Of a DNA stretch of 64,000 nt, positions 16,722 through 25,729 are shown one piece after another (positions within the stretch are counted from its first letter, which is position 1; each line of letters opens with the position of its first letter). The position numbers and the translations under genes were made by a program. Below the pieces are notes generated by a model. It was not told the origin of the DNA, searched no databases, and saw only the letters and a list, made by a program, of their open reading frames with translations. The stretch covers positions 7,290 to 71,289 of the forward strand of contig CAMHKB010000001.1 in assembly GCA_946185555.1 (NCBI GenBank), read 5' to 3'. Source of the stretch: an uncultured Clostridia bacterium (lineage in GTDB: Bacteria; Bacillota; Clostridia; Oscillospirales; Acutalibacteraceae).

Positions 16722-17819
16722 CTAAGAAAGCAGATATGCTATCACGGCATTTGATACCAAAAAGCCCTTCTCTGTCAATGAAAATCCGCCGTCCATTATC
16801 TTTATATACCCGTTTTTTTCAAGCTGTACACATCTTTTGATGTATTTTTCCGGCAGCTTATATCCGAACCTTTCCTCAAATCTATCATAGCTGACACCCT
16901 CAGCAAGCCTGAGGGCAAGCATTATATACTCATCCTCATCTCCTCCGGTACCGTCGTCAATTATATTATCATCATAAAAATCCTGCATAGAACGGGGATA
17001 ATAAAATCTCTTTCCTTCTAAAAATGAATGGGCTGACGCACCCAGCCCCAGATATTCCTCATCACGCCAGTATAAAAGATTATGACGGCTTTCATAACCC
17101 GGTCTGCAAAAATTGGATATCTCATAATGGCGGTATCCGGCTTTTTTCATCTCTGTGCAAAGACATTCATAGAGCGTTGCCGTTTCGTCATCTTCCGGCA
17201 GAGACAATTCAGCACGTTTCTTATAGAAAACTGTCCCCGGCTCAATTTTCAGAATATATGCAGAAATGTGCTGTACTTTCAAGTCAGTACAAAATCTGAT
17301 GCTTTGTTTCAGACTCTCCTCTGTCTGTCCCGGCACGGCTGTCATAATATCAAGTGAAATATTGTCAAAGCCTTCCGACCTTGCCTTATCCACACATTTT
17401 TCAGCGTCAATGCTGCTGTGCCTTCTTCCTAAAAGTTCAAGCTCACTTTCAACTGCCGACTGAAGACCGAACGAAATACGGTTCACTCCGTTTTCTCTCA
17501 ATTTATAATAATCTGTATTTAACCCGGGGTTAAGCTCAACCGTTACTTCACTCTTATCCGTATCAAGAAAAAAGCTTTCCTTTACCGCAGAGATGATCCT
17601 TCCTATACGCTGTGCGCCGATAATTCCCGGTGTTCCGCCGCCAAAATAGAGCGTTTTTGCGGCATACTTTCCGGCATATTTTGAATCATGTATCTTTCCT
17701 ATCAGCTGCTCGGTATATTCCTCATACATCTGTTCTGTACCCTTGCGGGAGTAAAAATCACAGTAAGGGCATTTGCTGTCACAAAATGGTATATGTATAT
17801 AAAAACCGATATCCTTCAT
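16722..17819 (-). CDS. hemW: radical SAM heme chaperone HemW (coproporphyrinogen oxidase-like)
   Basis: YIHIPFCDSKCPYCDF radical-SAM cluster motif, GGGTP, and a HemN_C-like tail. 365 aa. Confidence 0.85.
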   Translation of the reverse strand: MKDIGFYIHIPFCDSKCPYCDFYSRKGTEQMYEEYTEQLIGKIHDSKYAGKYAAKTLYFGGGTPGIIGAQRIGRIISAVKESFFLDTDKSEVTVELNPGLNTDYYKLRENGVNRISFGLQSAVESELELLGRRHSSIDAEKCVDKARSEGFDNISLDIMTAVPGQTEESLKQSIRFCTDLKVQHISAYILKIEPGTVFYKKRAELSLPEDDETATLYECLCTEMKKAGYRHYEISNFCRPGYESRHNLLYWRDEEYLGLGASAHSFLEGKRFYYPRSMQDFYDDNIIDDGTGGDEDEYIMLALRLAEGVSYDRFEERFGYKLPEKYIKRCVQLEKNGYIKIMDGGFSLTEKGFLVSNAVIAYLLS

Positions 17820-17834
17820 GAAATCATCCGCCCT

Positions 17835-18203
17835 TTAAATCCTTGATGAATTTTTATGAAGTATTGACAATGTTTCTACAAACATTGATATAAGCGACAA
17901 TACAAACAAAACTATGTCCATACATGAAAACATCTCAAAGGAATGTTCAAGATATTCATAGGTCGGATTTTCATTCATTACCGCAAAACCGACAAAACCG
18001 CTGAGAGGTTCTTTAGCAGAAAGATCCATCAAAGTCTGATCAATACAGAAAGTAGCTGCAAGAAAGAATATCAGTATAGCAAGTATAACTGCCGCTGTCA
18101 GCGGAAATTTCGGTCTGTTCAATACAGTAATAACAGCGGCGGACAAAAAAAACGCCGCAGAAATAACAATCAAAACAGGATTTATCATATTTTCACTTTC
18201 CAT
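17835..18203 (-). CDS. hypothetical membrane protein
   Basis: 122-aa ORF with three to four hydrophobic helices. No family recognised. Confidence 0.45.
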   Translation of the reverse strand: MESENMINPVLIVISAAFFLSAAVITVLNRPKFPLTAAVILAILIFFLAATFCIDQTLMDLSAKEPLSGFVGFAVMNENPTYEYLEHSFEMFSCMDIVLFVLSLISMFVETLSILHKNSSRI

Positions 18204-18220
18204 CCCTGTACATAGGAAAC

Positions 18221-18766
18221 TCAGAGTATTCCCTTTTTCATCAAAGCAGCCGTCTTCAATACAGCTACCTGAGTCTTTGAATCGGGCAGCTCATTATTGA
18301 GTACCATTTCAACTGCCCTGTCAATATGTATCTTCTCAATATTCAGAAATTCATCACTGTCAAGCTGCTGCTTTTCATAATGATCGACCTTGCAGAAATA
18401 CAGATGTATTATCTCTCCGCAGTAGCCGGGACTCGGATACAGTTTTCCAAGACTCATGTACTCACGTCCTACCGCACCTGTTTCCTCAAGCAGCTCACGC
18501 TTGCCGTTTTCAAGCGGCGTACTGCCCTTTTCAAGCTTTCCAGCCGGAAGCTCCAGCGTCACTTCCTTATATGGATACCTGAACTGTCTTACAAAAAACA
18601 GTTCATTGTTTTCATCAATTGCAGCAACGCATACTCCGCCCGGATGCGCCACGATCTCTCTCATTGCAGTATCGCCGTTTTCAAGCTCGACCTCATCAAG
18701 CATAACATGTATTACTTTTCCTTCAAATATATCCTGACTTTTCAAAGTCTTTTCAAACAATTCCAT
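18221..18766 (-). CDS. NUDIX hydrolase (ADP-ribose pyrophosphatase-like)
   Basis: The Nudix box is visible in LPAGKLEKGSTPLENGKRELLEETG. 181 aa. Confidence 0.8.
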   Translation of the reverse strand: MELFEKTLKSQDIFEGKVIHVMLDEVELENGDTAMREIVAHPGGVCVAAIDENNELFFVRQFRYPYKEVTLELPAGKLEKGSTPLENGKRELLEETGAVGREYMSLGKLYPSPGYCGEIIHLYFCKVDHYEKQQLDSDEFLNIEKIHIDRAVEMVLNNELPDSKTQVAVLKTAALMKKGIL

Positions 18767-18906
18767 ATTCTATTCTCCTGATTTGGTTTTATCTTAGTAA
18801 GCCATATTGATCTATGGCCAAATTCTTCAATGACTATAGTATAAACTATTTTTTACGAATTGTAAATACACAAGCAATAAAGTAAATGTAAATTCCTTAT
18901 TACGCA

Positions 18907-18935
18907 TTGAATATATTTCAGCTTTATGATATAAT
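18907..18935 (+). promoter_or_regulatory. putative sigma-A promoter of holB operon (extended -10)
   Basis: TTGAAT (18907-18912), a 17-nt spacer ending in TGA, then TATAAT (18930-18935). It lies about 70 nt upstream of the holB GTG. Confidence 0.5.
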
Positions 18936-19003
18936 ATCATTGTCTGGATACAAACTTACAGCAGGTTTTTTGCCGTAAACTTTTACTTAAAAGGTGTGAT
19001 CAA

Positions 19004-19966
19004 GTGGATCTTAAATCGTTCGCAGGAAATGATAATACTATATATGAACTGGAGCAGGTAATGAAAAGCGGTGCGTTCCCACATGCTGTCATAATTGACG
19101 GCGCTAAGGGAACAGGTAAAAAAACGCTGGCAAATATTTTAGCGCAGTATCTTGTATGCGTTTCGGACGGCGGCAAACCCTGCGGCCATTGTTCTGGCTG
19201 TATAAAGGCTGCCCACAAGACACATCCGGATATCAATATCACTGACGGAAATGTTCAGGGAGTACTTGCTGTGGATAATATCAGAAAAATACGTTCTGAC
19301 GCATACATCATGCCGAACGAAGCGCCGGTAAAGGTATATCTTATTCTTGACTGTGACAAAATGCTGGCGGCTTCTCAGAATGCTTTGCTGAAAATACTTG
19401 AAGAGCCTCCTAAGAATGTTGTTTTTATTATTACGGCAACATCCGCCAATATGCTTTTACAGACAGTTCGCTCACGTTCAAGAATATATACGCTCTATCC
19501 GCCGCCTGTGGAAATCTCCGCCGGGTATATTGAGAGCGCATATCCGCAGCTTAATAAGGAAGAAATACTGTCGGCTCTGAAGGTAACGGACGGAAATATC
19601 GGCAAGGCTCTGCAAAACATCCAGAGCGGAAATGAAGAAGCCAAAATGCTTGCGGATCAGATACTTGCGGCTGTTACCGAAGGGCGTGAATATGATATGC
19701 TGCTGCTGACAAGCAGGCTGTCGTCAAGCCGTGATTTTGCCGCAGGCGTTCTTGATTTTCTGCTTGAGGATGCCGGGGAATGTATAAAAGCTTCTGTCGG
19801 GATAGAAACTCATCTTGATGCCGCAAGAAAAACCGCTGAAAAGCTTTCACAAAAACGAATTTACCGTCTTGCTGATGATATTGAAAAAGCAAGGAATATT
19901 TTGAAGTCGAATGTAAATCTGAACTTTTTCGGCACATGGCTTTGTGCCGTTCTGAAAGAAAAATAA
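19004..19966 (+). CDS. holB: DNA polymerase III delta-prime subunit
   Basis: GTG start. HAVIIDGAKGTGKKTLA (degenerate Walker A), the zinc module CGHCSGCIKAAHKTHPDI and NALLKILEEPP. Confidence 0.8.
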   Translation: MDLKSFAGNDNTIYELEQVMKSGAFPHAVIIDGAKGTGKKTLANILAQYLVCVSDGGKPCGHCSGCIKAAHKTHPDINITDGNVQGVLAVDNIRKIRSDAYIMPNEAPVKVYLILDCDKMLAASQNALLKILEEPPKNVVFIITATSANMLLQTVRSRSRIYTLYPPPVEISAGYIESAYPQLNKEEILSALKVTDGNIGKALQNIQSGNEEAKMLADQILAAVTEGREYDMLLLTSRLSSSRDFAAGVLDFLLEDAGECIKASVGIETHLDAARKTAEKLSQKRIYRLADDIEKARNILKSNVNLNFFGTWLCAVLKEK

Positions 19967-20009
19967 AATTATATTTCAGCATACTGCTGATTTCCATAAG
20001 GGGGATATT

Positions 20010-20879
20010 ATGGTAAGTATAATAGGAGTAAGATTCAAGGATGTAGGTAAGGTATATTATTTTGATCCTGGCAGCGAGGAGCTTCAGATAGGAGACAGTG
20101 TCATTGTTGAAACAAGCCGGGGCATAGAATGCGGAAAGGTAGCTATCGCGAACCGGCAGCTGAGCGATGATAAAGTTACAGTGCCGCTCAAAAAAATGAT
20201 ACGCAAGGCTACGGATGAGGATCTGGCAATTGTTTCCGAAAACAGAAAAAAGGAAAAGAAAGCCTTTGATATATGCGAACAAAAAATCGCACAGCATAAA
20301 CTCAAAATGAAGCTTGTGAATGTAGAGTATACATTCGACGGAAACAAGATACTTTTCTATTTCACTGCTGACGGAAGAGTTGATTTCAGAGACCTTGTAA
20401 AGGATCTGGCCTACGTTTTCCGCACAAGAATAGAGCTTCGTCAGATAGGTGTCAGAGATGAAGCAAAGATACTCGGCGGACTGGGGATATGCGGAAGACC
20501 CTTCTGCTGTAATACGTTCCTCGGCGATTTCCAGCCGGTGTCTATTAAAATGGCAAAGGAACAGGGTATGTCGCTGAACCCCGTAAAAATTTCCGGCACA
20601 TGCGGAAGACTTATGTGCTGTCTGAAATACGAACAGGACGTTTATACAAAGCTTCTTAAAACTACGCCCAAAATAGGTGCAATAGTTGATACTCCTGACG
20701 GAAAGGGAAATGTAATTGACGTCAACCTTATAACCGGTATTCTGACGGTGCAGCTTCACAAAGCACCTGACGCAGCACCGCATACATTTGAAGTCGGTCA
20801 GGTAAAGATAATAAAGGATGCACAGATAAAGCTTGAAAAGTCCGAAATAGAAAGACTGAAAAAGCTTGAAAAAGACTGA
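20010..20879 (+). CDS. ricT: PSP1-domain protein (YaaT/RicT, stage 0 sporulation)
   Basis: VIGVRFKDVGKVYYFDP...ECGKV...GICGRPFCCNTFLGDFQPVSIKMAKEQ...GTCGRLMCCLKYE is the classic PSP1/YaaT sequence. It lies downstream of holB, as in Bacillus. Confidence 0.85.
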   Translation: MVSIIGVRFKDVGKVYYFDPGSEELQIGDSVIVETSRGIECGKVAIANRQLSDDKVTVPLKKMIRKATDEDLAIVSENRKKEKKAFDICEQKIAQHKLKMKLVNVEYTFDGNKILFYFTADGRVDFRDLVKDLAYVFRTRIELRQIGVRDEAKILGGLGICGRPFCCNTFLGDFQPVSIKMAKEQGMSLNPVKISGTCGRLMCCLKYEQDVYTKLLKTTPKIGAIVDTPDGKGNVIDVNLITGILTVQLHKAPDAAPHTFEVGQVKIIKDAQIKLEKSEIERLKKLEKD

Positions 20880-20904
20880 TAAGTATGCTTAAAGGAGCAA
20901 TGGC

Positions 20905-22155
20905 ATGGAACTTTTTGACAACAGTGAAAAAATACAGAAAGCTCTTCTTGTGGGAATAGATACCGGAGAATATGACGCAGAAAGCTCCATGGAGGAACTG
21001 TACGAGCTTGTCCGCAGTGCCGGTGCAGAACCGATAGCAAGCATGACACAAAAACGTGACAAGCCTGACGGCGCATCAGCTGTAGGTTCAGGAAGGCTTG
21101 AAGAAATACGCATATTCTGCGCTGACAACGAAATTGACTTTATTGTTTTTGATATGGAGCTTTCTCCTACTCAGATAAGAAATATCGAAACGGCAACAGA
21201 TGTCCGCACAATTGACAGGACGATGCTTATACTTGATATTTTTGCTATCCGCGCAAAAACAAACGAGGGCAAGCTCCAGGTAGAGCTTGCACAGCTGAAA
21301 TATCTTCTTCCCAGACTTTCAGGAAAGGGTAAGGAAATGTCACGTCTCGGCGGCGGTGTCGGCACAAGAGGTCCCGGTGAAACAAAGCTTGAAACGGACA
21401 AGCGTCATATCCGCCGGCGTATTGAATCATTAAAGGACGAGCTGTCCGATATGAAAGACCGGCGTGAACGTCTGCGTTCAAGAAGAAAAAAAGACGGTAT
21501 AATAACCGCTGCAATTGTCGGCTATACAAATGCCGGAAAGTCTACTCTCATGAATACATTAACTCAGGCAGGAGTCCTGTCTGAAAACAAGCTTTTCGCA
21601 ACACTCGATCCCACTTCACGTGCTTTGAAGCTTCCGGGTGGAATGTCTGTCATGATGATAGACACTGTAGGGCTTGTAAGACGTCTCCCCCATCACTTAG
21701 TTGAAGCGTTCAAGTCAACACTTGAAGAGGCCGCTGTCGCTGATATTATACTGAATGTATGCGATGCTTCAAGCGAGGAGTACAAGCTTCATCTTGATGT
21801 AACTAACTCTCTGCTCAAAGAACTAGGCTGTGAGGGTAAGCCCATCATAACTGTCTACAATAAGTGCGATCTTGTCAGCAATCCATATGACCTTCCGGCA
21901 GGAAGGGACTGTGTAAGAATATGCGCAAAGGAAGGATTCGGTATTGACGAGCTTCTTCGTAAAATAGAAGAAAATCTTCCTGTCAAGCTGCGGCAGTATC
22001 ATCTTTTAGTACCGTTTGATAAGGCAAATGTCATTGCAGCATTAAGGAAGTCCGGTGCTCTGCAAAATGAGGAATATACAAATGAAGGGATAAGGGTTGA
22101 TGCTATTGTGGAAGAACCTCTCTGGCATTTAGCAGAACCATATTCAATAAAATAA
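20905..22155 (+). CDS. hflX: GTPase HflX
   Basis: HflX N-domain (RTIDRTMLILDIFAIRAKTNEGKLQVELAQLKY...GPGETKLE), then the G-domain motifs GYTNAGKST and DTVG. Confidence 0.9.
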   Translation: MELFDNSEKIQKALLVGIDTGEYDAESSMEELYELVRSAGAEPIASMTQKRDKPDGASAVGSGRLEEIRIFCADNEIDFIVFDMELSPTQIRNIETATDVRTIDRTMLILDIFAIRAKTNEGKLQVELAQLKYLLPRLSGKGKEMSRLGGGVGTRGPGETKLETDKRHIRRRIESLKDELSDMKDRRERLRSRRKKDGIITAAIVGYTNAGKSTLMNTLTQAGVLSENKLFATLDPTSRALKLPGGMSVMMIDTVGLVRRLPHHLVEAFKSTLEEAAVADIILNVCDASSEEYKLHLDVTNSLLKELGCEGKPIITVYNKCDLVSNPYDLPAGRDCVRICAKEGFGIDELLRKIEENLPVKLRQYHLLVPFDKANVIAALRKSGALQNEEYTNEGIRVDAIVEEPLWHLAEPYSIK

Positions 22156-22165
22156 GAAAACAAGG

Positions 22166-23428
22166 ATGGAAAAGATGAATAACGATTTTTTTGACCTTTC
22201 TGATGATATAATCAGTCTTGGTGACAAGGCGATGAAAATGTGTTCGCCTTATATTGAAGAAATTGAAAGGATAACTGAATATCAGCAGCTTAAAATGCTG
22301 AAAGCTTTTCAGAATGCAAAGGTAAGCGAAAGCTGCTTCACTGCCTCTACCGGCTACGGATACGGCGACAGAGGAAGAGATGTGCTTGACAGAATATATG
22401 CAGAGGTACTCGAAACAGAGGACGCTCTTGTACGGCATAATTTTGCCAGCGGAACACATACTCTTACGGTTGCACTGTTCGGTGTCCTTCGTCCGGGTGA
22501 CACAATGCTGAGCGTTACTGGAATACCGTATGACACATTACAGGGCGTAATTGGTCTGGGCGGGCATTACAGCGGTTCGCTCAAGGATTTCGGAATCAAA
22601 TATCAGCAGCTCGATCTTCTTTCCGACGGGACAGTTGATTATGAAGGAATACGAAAAACCCTGAGGTCTGATACAAAAATGGTATATATACAGCGCTCAA
22701 GAGGTTACAGCCTTCGCCCTACTCTGCTTAACAGCGATATCAAAAAAATATACGATTTGTCGAAAAGCATTGCCCCGGACTGTATCGTAATGCTCGACAA
22801 CTGCTATGGGGAATTTACTGAAATGACTGCTCCCGGAAAATACTGCGATCTTATGGCAGGTTCTCTTATTAAGAATCCGGGCGGCGGAATTGCGCCTACA
22901 GGCGGATATATTGCCGGAAGACATGATTTAGTTGAAGCATGCTCATACCGGCTTACTACTCCCGGAACAGGAAAGGAAATAGGCTGTACGCTCGGTCAGA
23001 ACAGAGAGCTTTTCTTAGGAACATACAATGCTCCGCACGTTACGGGTGAAGCATTGAAAACCGCTGTATTTGCTGCTGCTGTTTTTGAGCTTCTGGGATA
23101 CAAAGTCACCCCCGCCTACAATGAAGCAAGGGGTGACATAATACAGGCTATTCTGCTTGAAAATGAAAAAAGACTTATATCATTCTGTCAGGGAATACAA
23201 GCCGCTTCGCCTATAGACTCCTTTGTTACGCCTGAACCATGGGATATGCCAGGTTATGACAGCAAGGTAATCATGGCTGCCGGTGCGTTCACATTGGGTT
23301 CGTCGATTGAATTATCAGCAGATGCACCTCTGAGAGAACCGTTCGCCGTATGGATGCAGGGAAGCCTGCATTTTCATACCGGAAAGACGGCAGTAATGCT
23401 TGCGGCTCAGAGGATTAAATCAATCTGA
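22166..23428 (+). CDS. PLP-dependent methionine gamma-lyase-family protein (YnbB / aluminium-resistance type)
   Basis: 420 aa: STGYGYGDRGRD...VRHNFASGTHTL...SLIKNPGGGIAPTGGYIAG. It follows hflX, like the Bacillus ynbA-ynbB pair. Confidence 0.75.
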   Translation: MEKMNNDFFDLSDDIISLGDKAMKMCSPYIEEIERITEYQQLKMLKAFQNAKVSESCFTASTGYGYGDRGRDVLDRIYAEVLETEDALVRHNFASGTHTLTVALFGVLRPGDTMLSVTGIPYDTLQGVIGLGGHYSGSLKDFGIKYQQLDLLSDGTVDYEGIRKTLRSDTKMVYIQRSRGYSLRPTLLNSDIKKIYDLSKSIAPDCIVMLDNCYGEFTEMTAPGKYCDLMAGSLIKNPGGGIAPTGGYIAGRHDLVEACSYRLTTPGTGKEIGCTLGQNRELFLGTYNAPHVTGEALKTAVFAAAVFELLGYKVTPAYNEARGDIIQAILLENEKRLISFCQGIQAASPIDSFVTPEPWDMPGYDSKVIMAAGAFTLGSSIELSADAPLREPFAVWMQGSLHFHTGKTAVMLAAQRIKSI

Positions 23429-24715
23429 GTCAGCAGACAGCAATAAACTGATACAGATTTTAAATTCACTGTCAGTACATGATATATCCAATTCACCGTC
23501 ATATTTCTTTATGACCTTTCTTAGAGAGTACAATCCGAAACCGTGTGATTTTTTATCTTTTTTGGATGTCAGCGGCAGACCATTGCGTATTTCTACCTTT
23601 CTGCCAACAGGATTTTCTACAATTATTACCATCATACCTGATTTTTTTATTGATCTGATATGTACACTTTTTTCTTCATCATCAGGTATTTTTTCACAGG
23701 CTTCTATCGCATTGTCAACGGTATTTCCGAAAATAACGCAAAGATCAGCCGGTTCTAAATCGTCGTTTACCGCACCCTCAAATATAATACGGGTGCGGTT
23801 TTTTTCTGCACGTATATGTTTTTCCGTCAGCAAAGCGTCTACAATTCCGTTTCCGGTATCATATTTCATCAGAGAACCGCTTAATATATTATTATCATCC
23901 TCTAACATTTTCAGTGCCTCATCCGTCCTGCCGTCTTTTATAAGCTTTATCAGACCTATTCTTAGATTATTGTTATCGTGCCTTATACACCTGATCTCTT
24001 TACTTGACTCAGAAAGAAGCTCATACTGCCTCAGCTGTATTTTTAACTGTTTTTCATATTCTTCCGATTTTCTTTTTATGCTCCTGTTAGTCACAGAATA
24101 CGATATCAATATCGGCAGAACAATAAAAATCAGCAGCATCAGTGAAAGCAGCAGTACTTTCAGCAGTCTCATTCCGCCGCCCGGATGATGAGTAAGCGTA
24201 TTGTTCACCATAAGAATTGATAACGTGCAGCAGCAAAACAGTATTGCAAGTATCAGCCGTCTTATACTGACAGGAGTCCACACAATAAGATATCTTAACT
24301 CCTGTGCAGCCGGCGATAAGCTGATAAGAATACACAATGATGTCGATATCACATTTATTGAAACCTCAATGATCTGCTGCTGTGGTTTAGCAAGCGAAAA
24401 CAAAATCGCTATCATTGCCGTTGTCATTGTATTTATGAAAAAAATAGTCAAAAATGTTGAAATTATTGAAGAAAGCTTCAGATTACTTGTAATAAAACGG
24501 ATAAGCAAATTTCCGGCAAACATGACAACAGGAATATAAATAATATTCTCATCCCACGTCAACAAAAACATTACTCCAACTATCGGTAAAAATATTGCGC
24601 CTCCTGTCAGAACCTTTTTTGCAGACGTTTGTCCGTCAAAAATATTCAGGCTCAGGAACATAACAGAGATAAGTATCAATATTATCCCGGAAACATTCAT
24701 AAGTATTCTAAGCAT
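23420..24715 (-). CDS. AgrC/ComD-class (HPK10) membrane sensor histidine kinase
   Basis: About 190 aa of multi-TM sensor, then the H-box IRCIRHDNNN, N-box GNTVDNAIEAC and G-box HGFGLYSL. This is the GHKL ATPase_c_5-type architecture. Confidence 0.75.
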   Translation of the reverse strand: MLRILMNVSGIILILISVMFLSLNIFDGQTSAKKVLTGGAIFLPIVGVMFLLTWDENIIYIPVVMFAGNLLIRFITSNLKLSSIISTFLTIFFINTMTTAMIAILFSLAKPQQQIIEVSINVISTSLCILISLSPAAQELRYLIVWTPVSIRRLILAILFCCCTLSILMVNNTLTHHPGGGMRLLKVLLLSLMLLIFIVLPILISYSVTNRSIKRKSEEYEKQLKIQLRQYELLSESSKEIRCIRHDNNNLRIGLIKLIKDGRTDEALKMLEDDNNILSGSLMKYDTGNGIVDALLTEKHIRAEKNRTRIIFEGAVNDDLEPADLCVIFGNTVDNAIEACEKIPDDEEKSVHIRSIKKSGMMVIIVENPVGRKVEIRNGLPLTSKKDKKSHGFGLYSLRKVIKKYDGELDISCTDSEFKICISLLLSADSD

Positions 24716-24735
24716 ATATCCCCCTGACTATACAA

Positions 24736-25437
24736 TCAAAAATAGTTGTCCTTTACATAATCAAAGTAGTGCATCCTGAATTCCCTGATCTTGGAACGGC
24801 TTACCGAAAGAACAGAATCATCTGTCATAGTAACTGCATTACCCCTGATCGTTTTTACATTTTTAAAATTGATAATATGAGATCTGTGTATCCGATAAAA
24901 GTTAGATTCCGGCAATTCGGACGAAAGAGACGATAAGGTATTTGAAATGTTATATACGCTGTTTTTAGTCACTATCCGGCATTTCTTTCCTTTTGCCTCA
25001 ATATATACAATATCATCTGCCATAACAGTAATATGCTTCCCGTCTTCTATCATACTGACAGGTCTGTTATTTTTCATTTGTCTGACATAGCTTTCCACAG
25101 CTTCAAATACCTTTTCCTTGTCTGCCGGTTTAACTATAAACCTGAAAGGCTGTACCTCAAAGCTGTCAAATACAAACTGCGGAAATGCTGTAACAAAAAC
25201 CAACCCGCATTTTTTATCTCTCATGCGGATCTGTTTTGCAATATCAAGACCGTTCTCGCCTTCCATACGATAATCAAGAAATATTATATCGTGCTTTATA
25301 TCTGCCTGCAAAAGATCATTCCCATTTGAATACTCGCAAAGCTCCATACAAATATTCTTTTCATCCTTGTATTCTTCAAGATATTCTCTCAGCTCCTGCC
25401 GGAATATCTCATTGTCATCACAAATCGCTATCTGCAT
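24736..25437 (-). CDS. LytTR-family response regulator
   Basis: Receiver domain (MQIAICDDN...IIFLDYRM) plus a C-terminal LytTR domain (IVYIEAKGKKCRIVT...FYRIHRSHIINFKNV). Confidence 0.85.
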   Translation of the reverse strand: MQIAICDDNEIFRQELREYLEEYKDEKNICMELCEYSNGNDLLQADIKHDIIFLDYRMEGENGLDIAKQIRMRDKKCGLVFVTAFPQFVFDSFEVQPFRFIVKPADKEKVFEAVESYVRQMKNNRPVSMIEDGKHITVMADDIVYIEAKGKKCRIVTKNSVYNISNTLSSLSSELPESNFYRIHRSHIINFKNVKTIRGNAVTMTDDSVLSVSRSKIREFRMHYFDYVKDNYF

Positions 25438-25656
25438 ATTTCTCTCCTTTATCAGTCTGTGTGCCTTATATAATTAACAATAGAAAATAAAATTCACTCA
25501 GTAAATATCAATCACTTATTTATTCACATCATGTAGATACTACTTTCGTAAAGATTATGCTAATTATGAATTATAATGTATAAAACACCAATCATAATTC
25601 CGAAAAAGAAATATATGACATAATTATTTAAATTTTTTCAGTTTCTACCATTACAG

Positions 25657-25697
25657 AAAAATCGACCCATCCGATATCCTCGAATGAGCCGATTTTT
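25657..25697 (-). terminator. intrinsic terminator after the surface-protein gene
   Basis: The minus-strand RNA AAAAAUCGGCUCAU...AUGGGUCGAUUUUU pairs fully with two G-U wobbles, and these pair only on this strand. A U5 tract follows. Confidence 0.6.
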
Positions 25698-25729
25698 GTT
25701 TTAAATCAGTTTAGCGGTCTTAAAACCTA

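Noticed and set aside
19674-20783. 369-aa ORF on the minus strand spanning the holB 3-prime end and most of yaaT/ricT
   Set aside because: It lies entirely antisense to two well-supported conserved genes. Its translation is Cys/Phe/Leu/Ser-rich with no recognisable motif. I treat it as a shadow ORF.
23400-24188. 262-aa ORF on the plus strand overlapping the histidine kinase gene
   Set aside because: It is antisense to the kinase, whose H, N and G boxes are clear. The product is Ser/Phe/Ile low complexity. I treat it as a shadow ORF.
25438-25729. Search for an AgrD/ComC-like precursor peptide gene upstream of the LytTR regulator
   Set aside because: The only minus-strand ORFs here have 11 codons or fewer (for example MIGVLYIIIHN) and lack convincing ribosome-binding sites. 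This is too short and unsupported to call.
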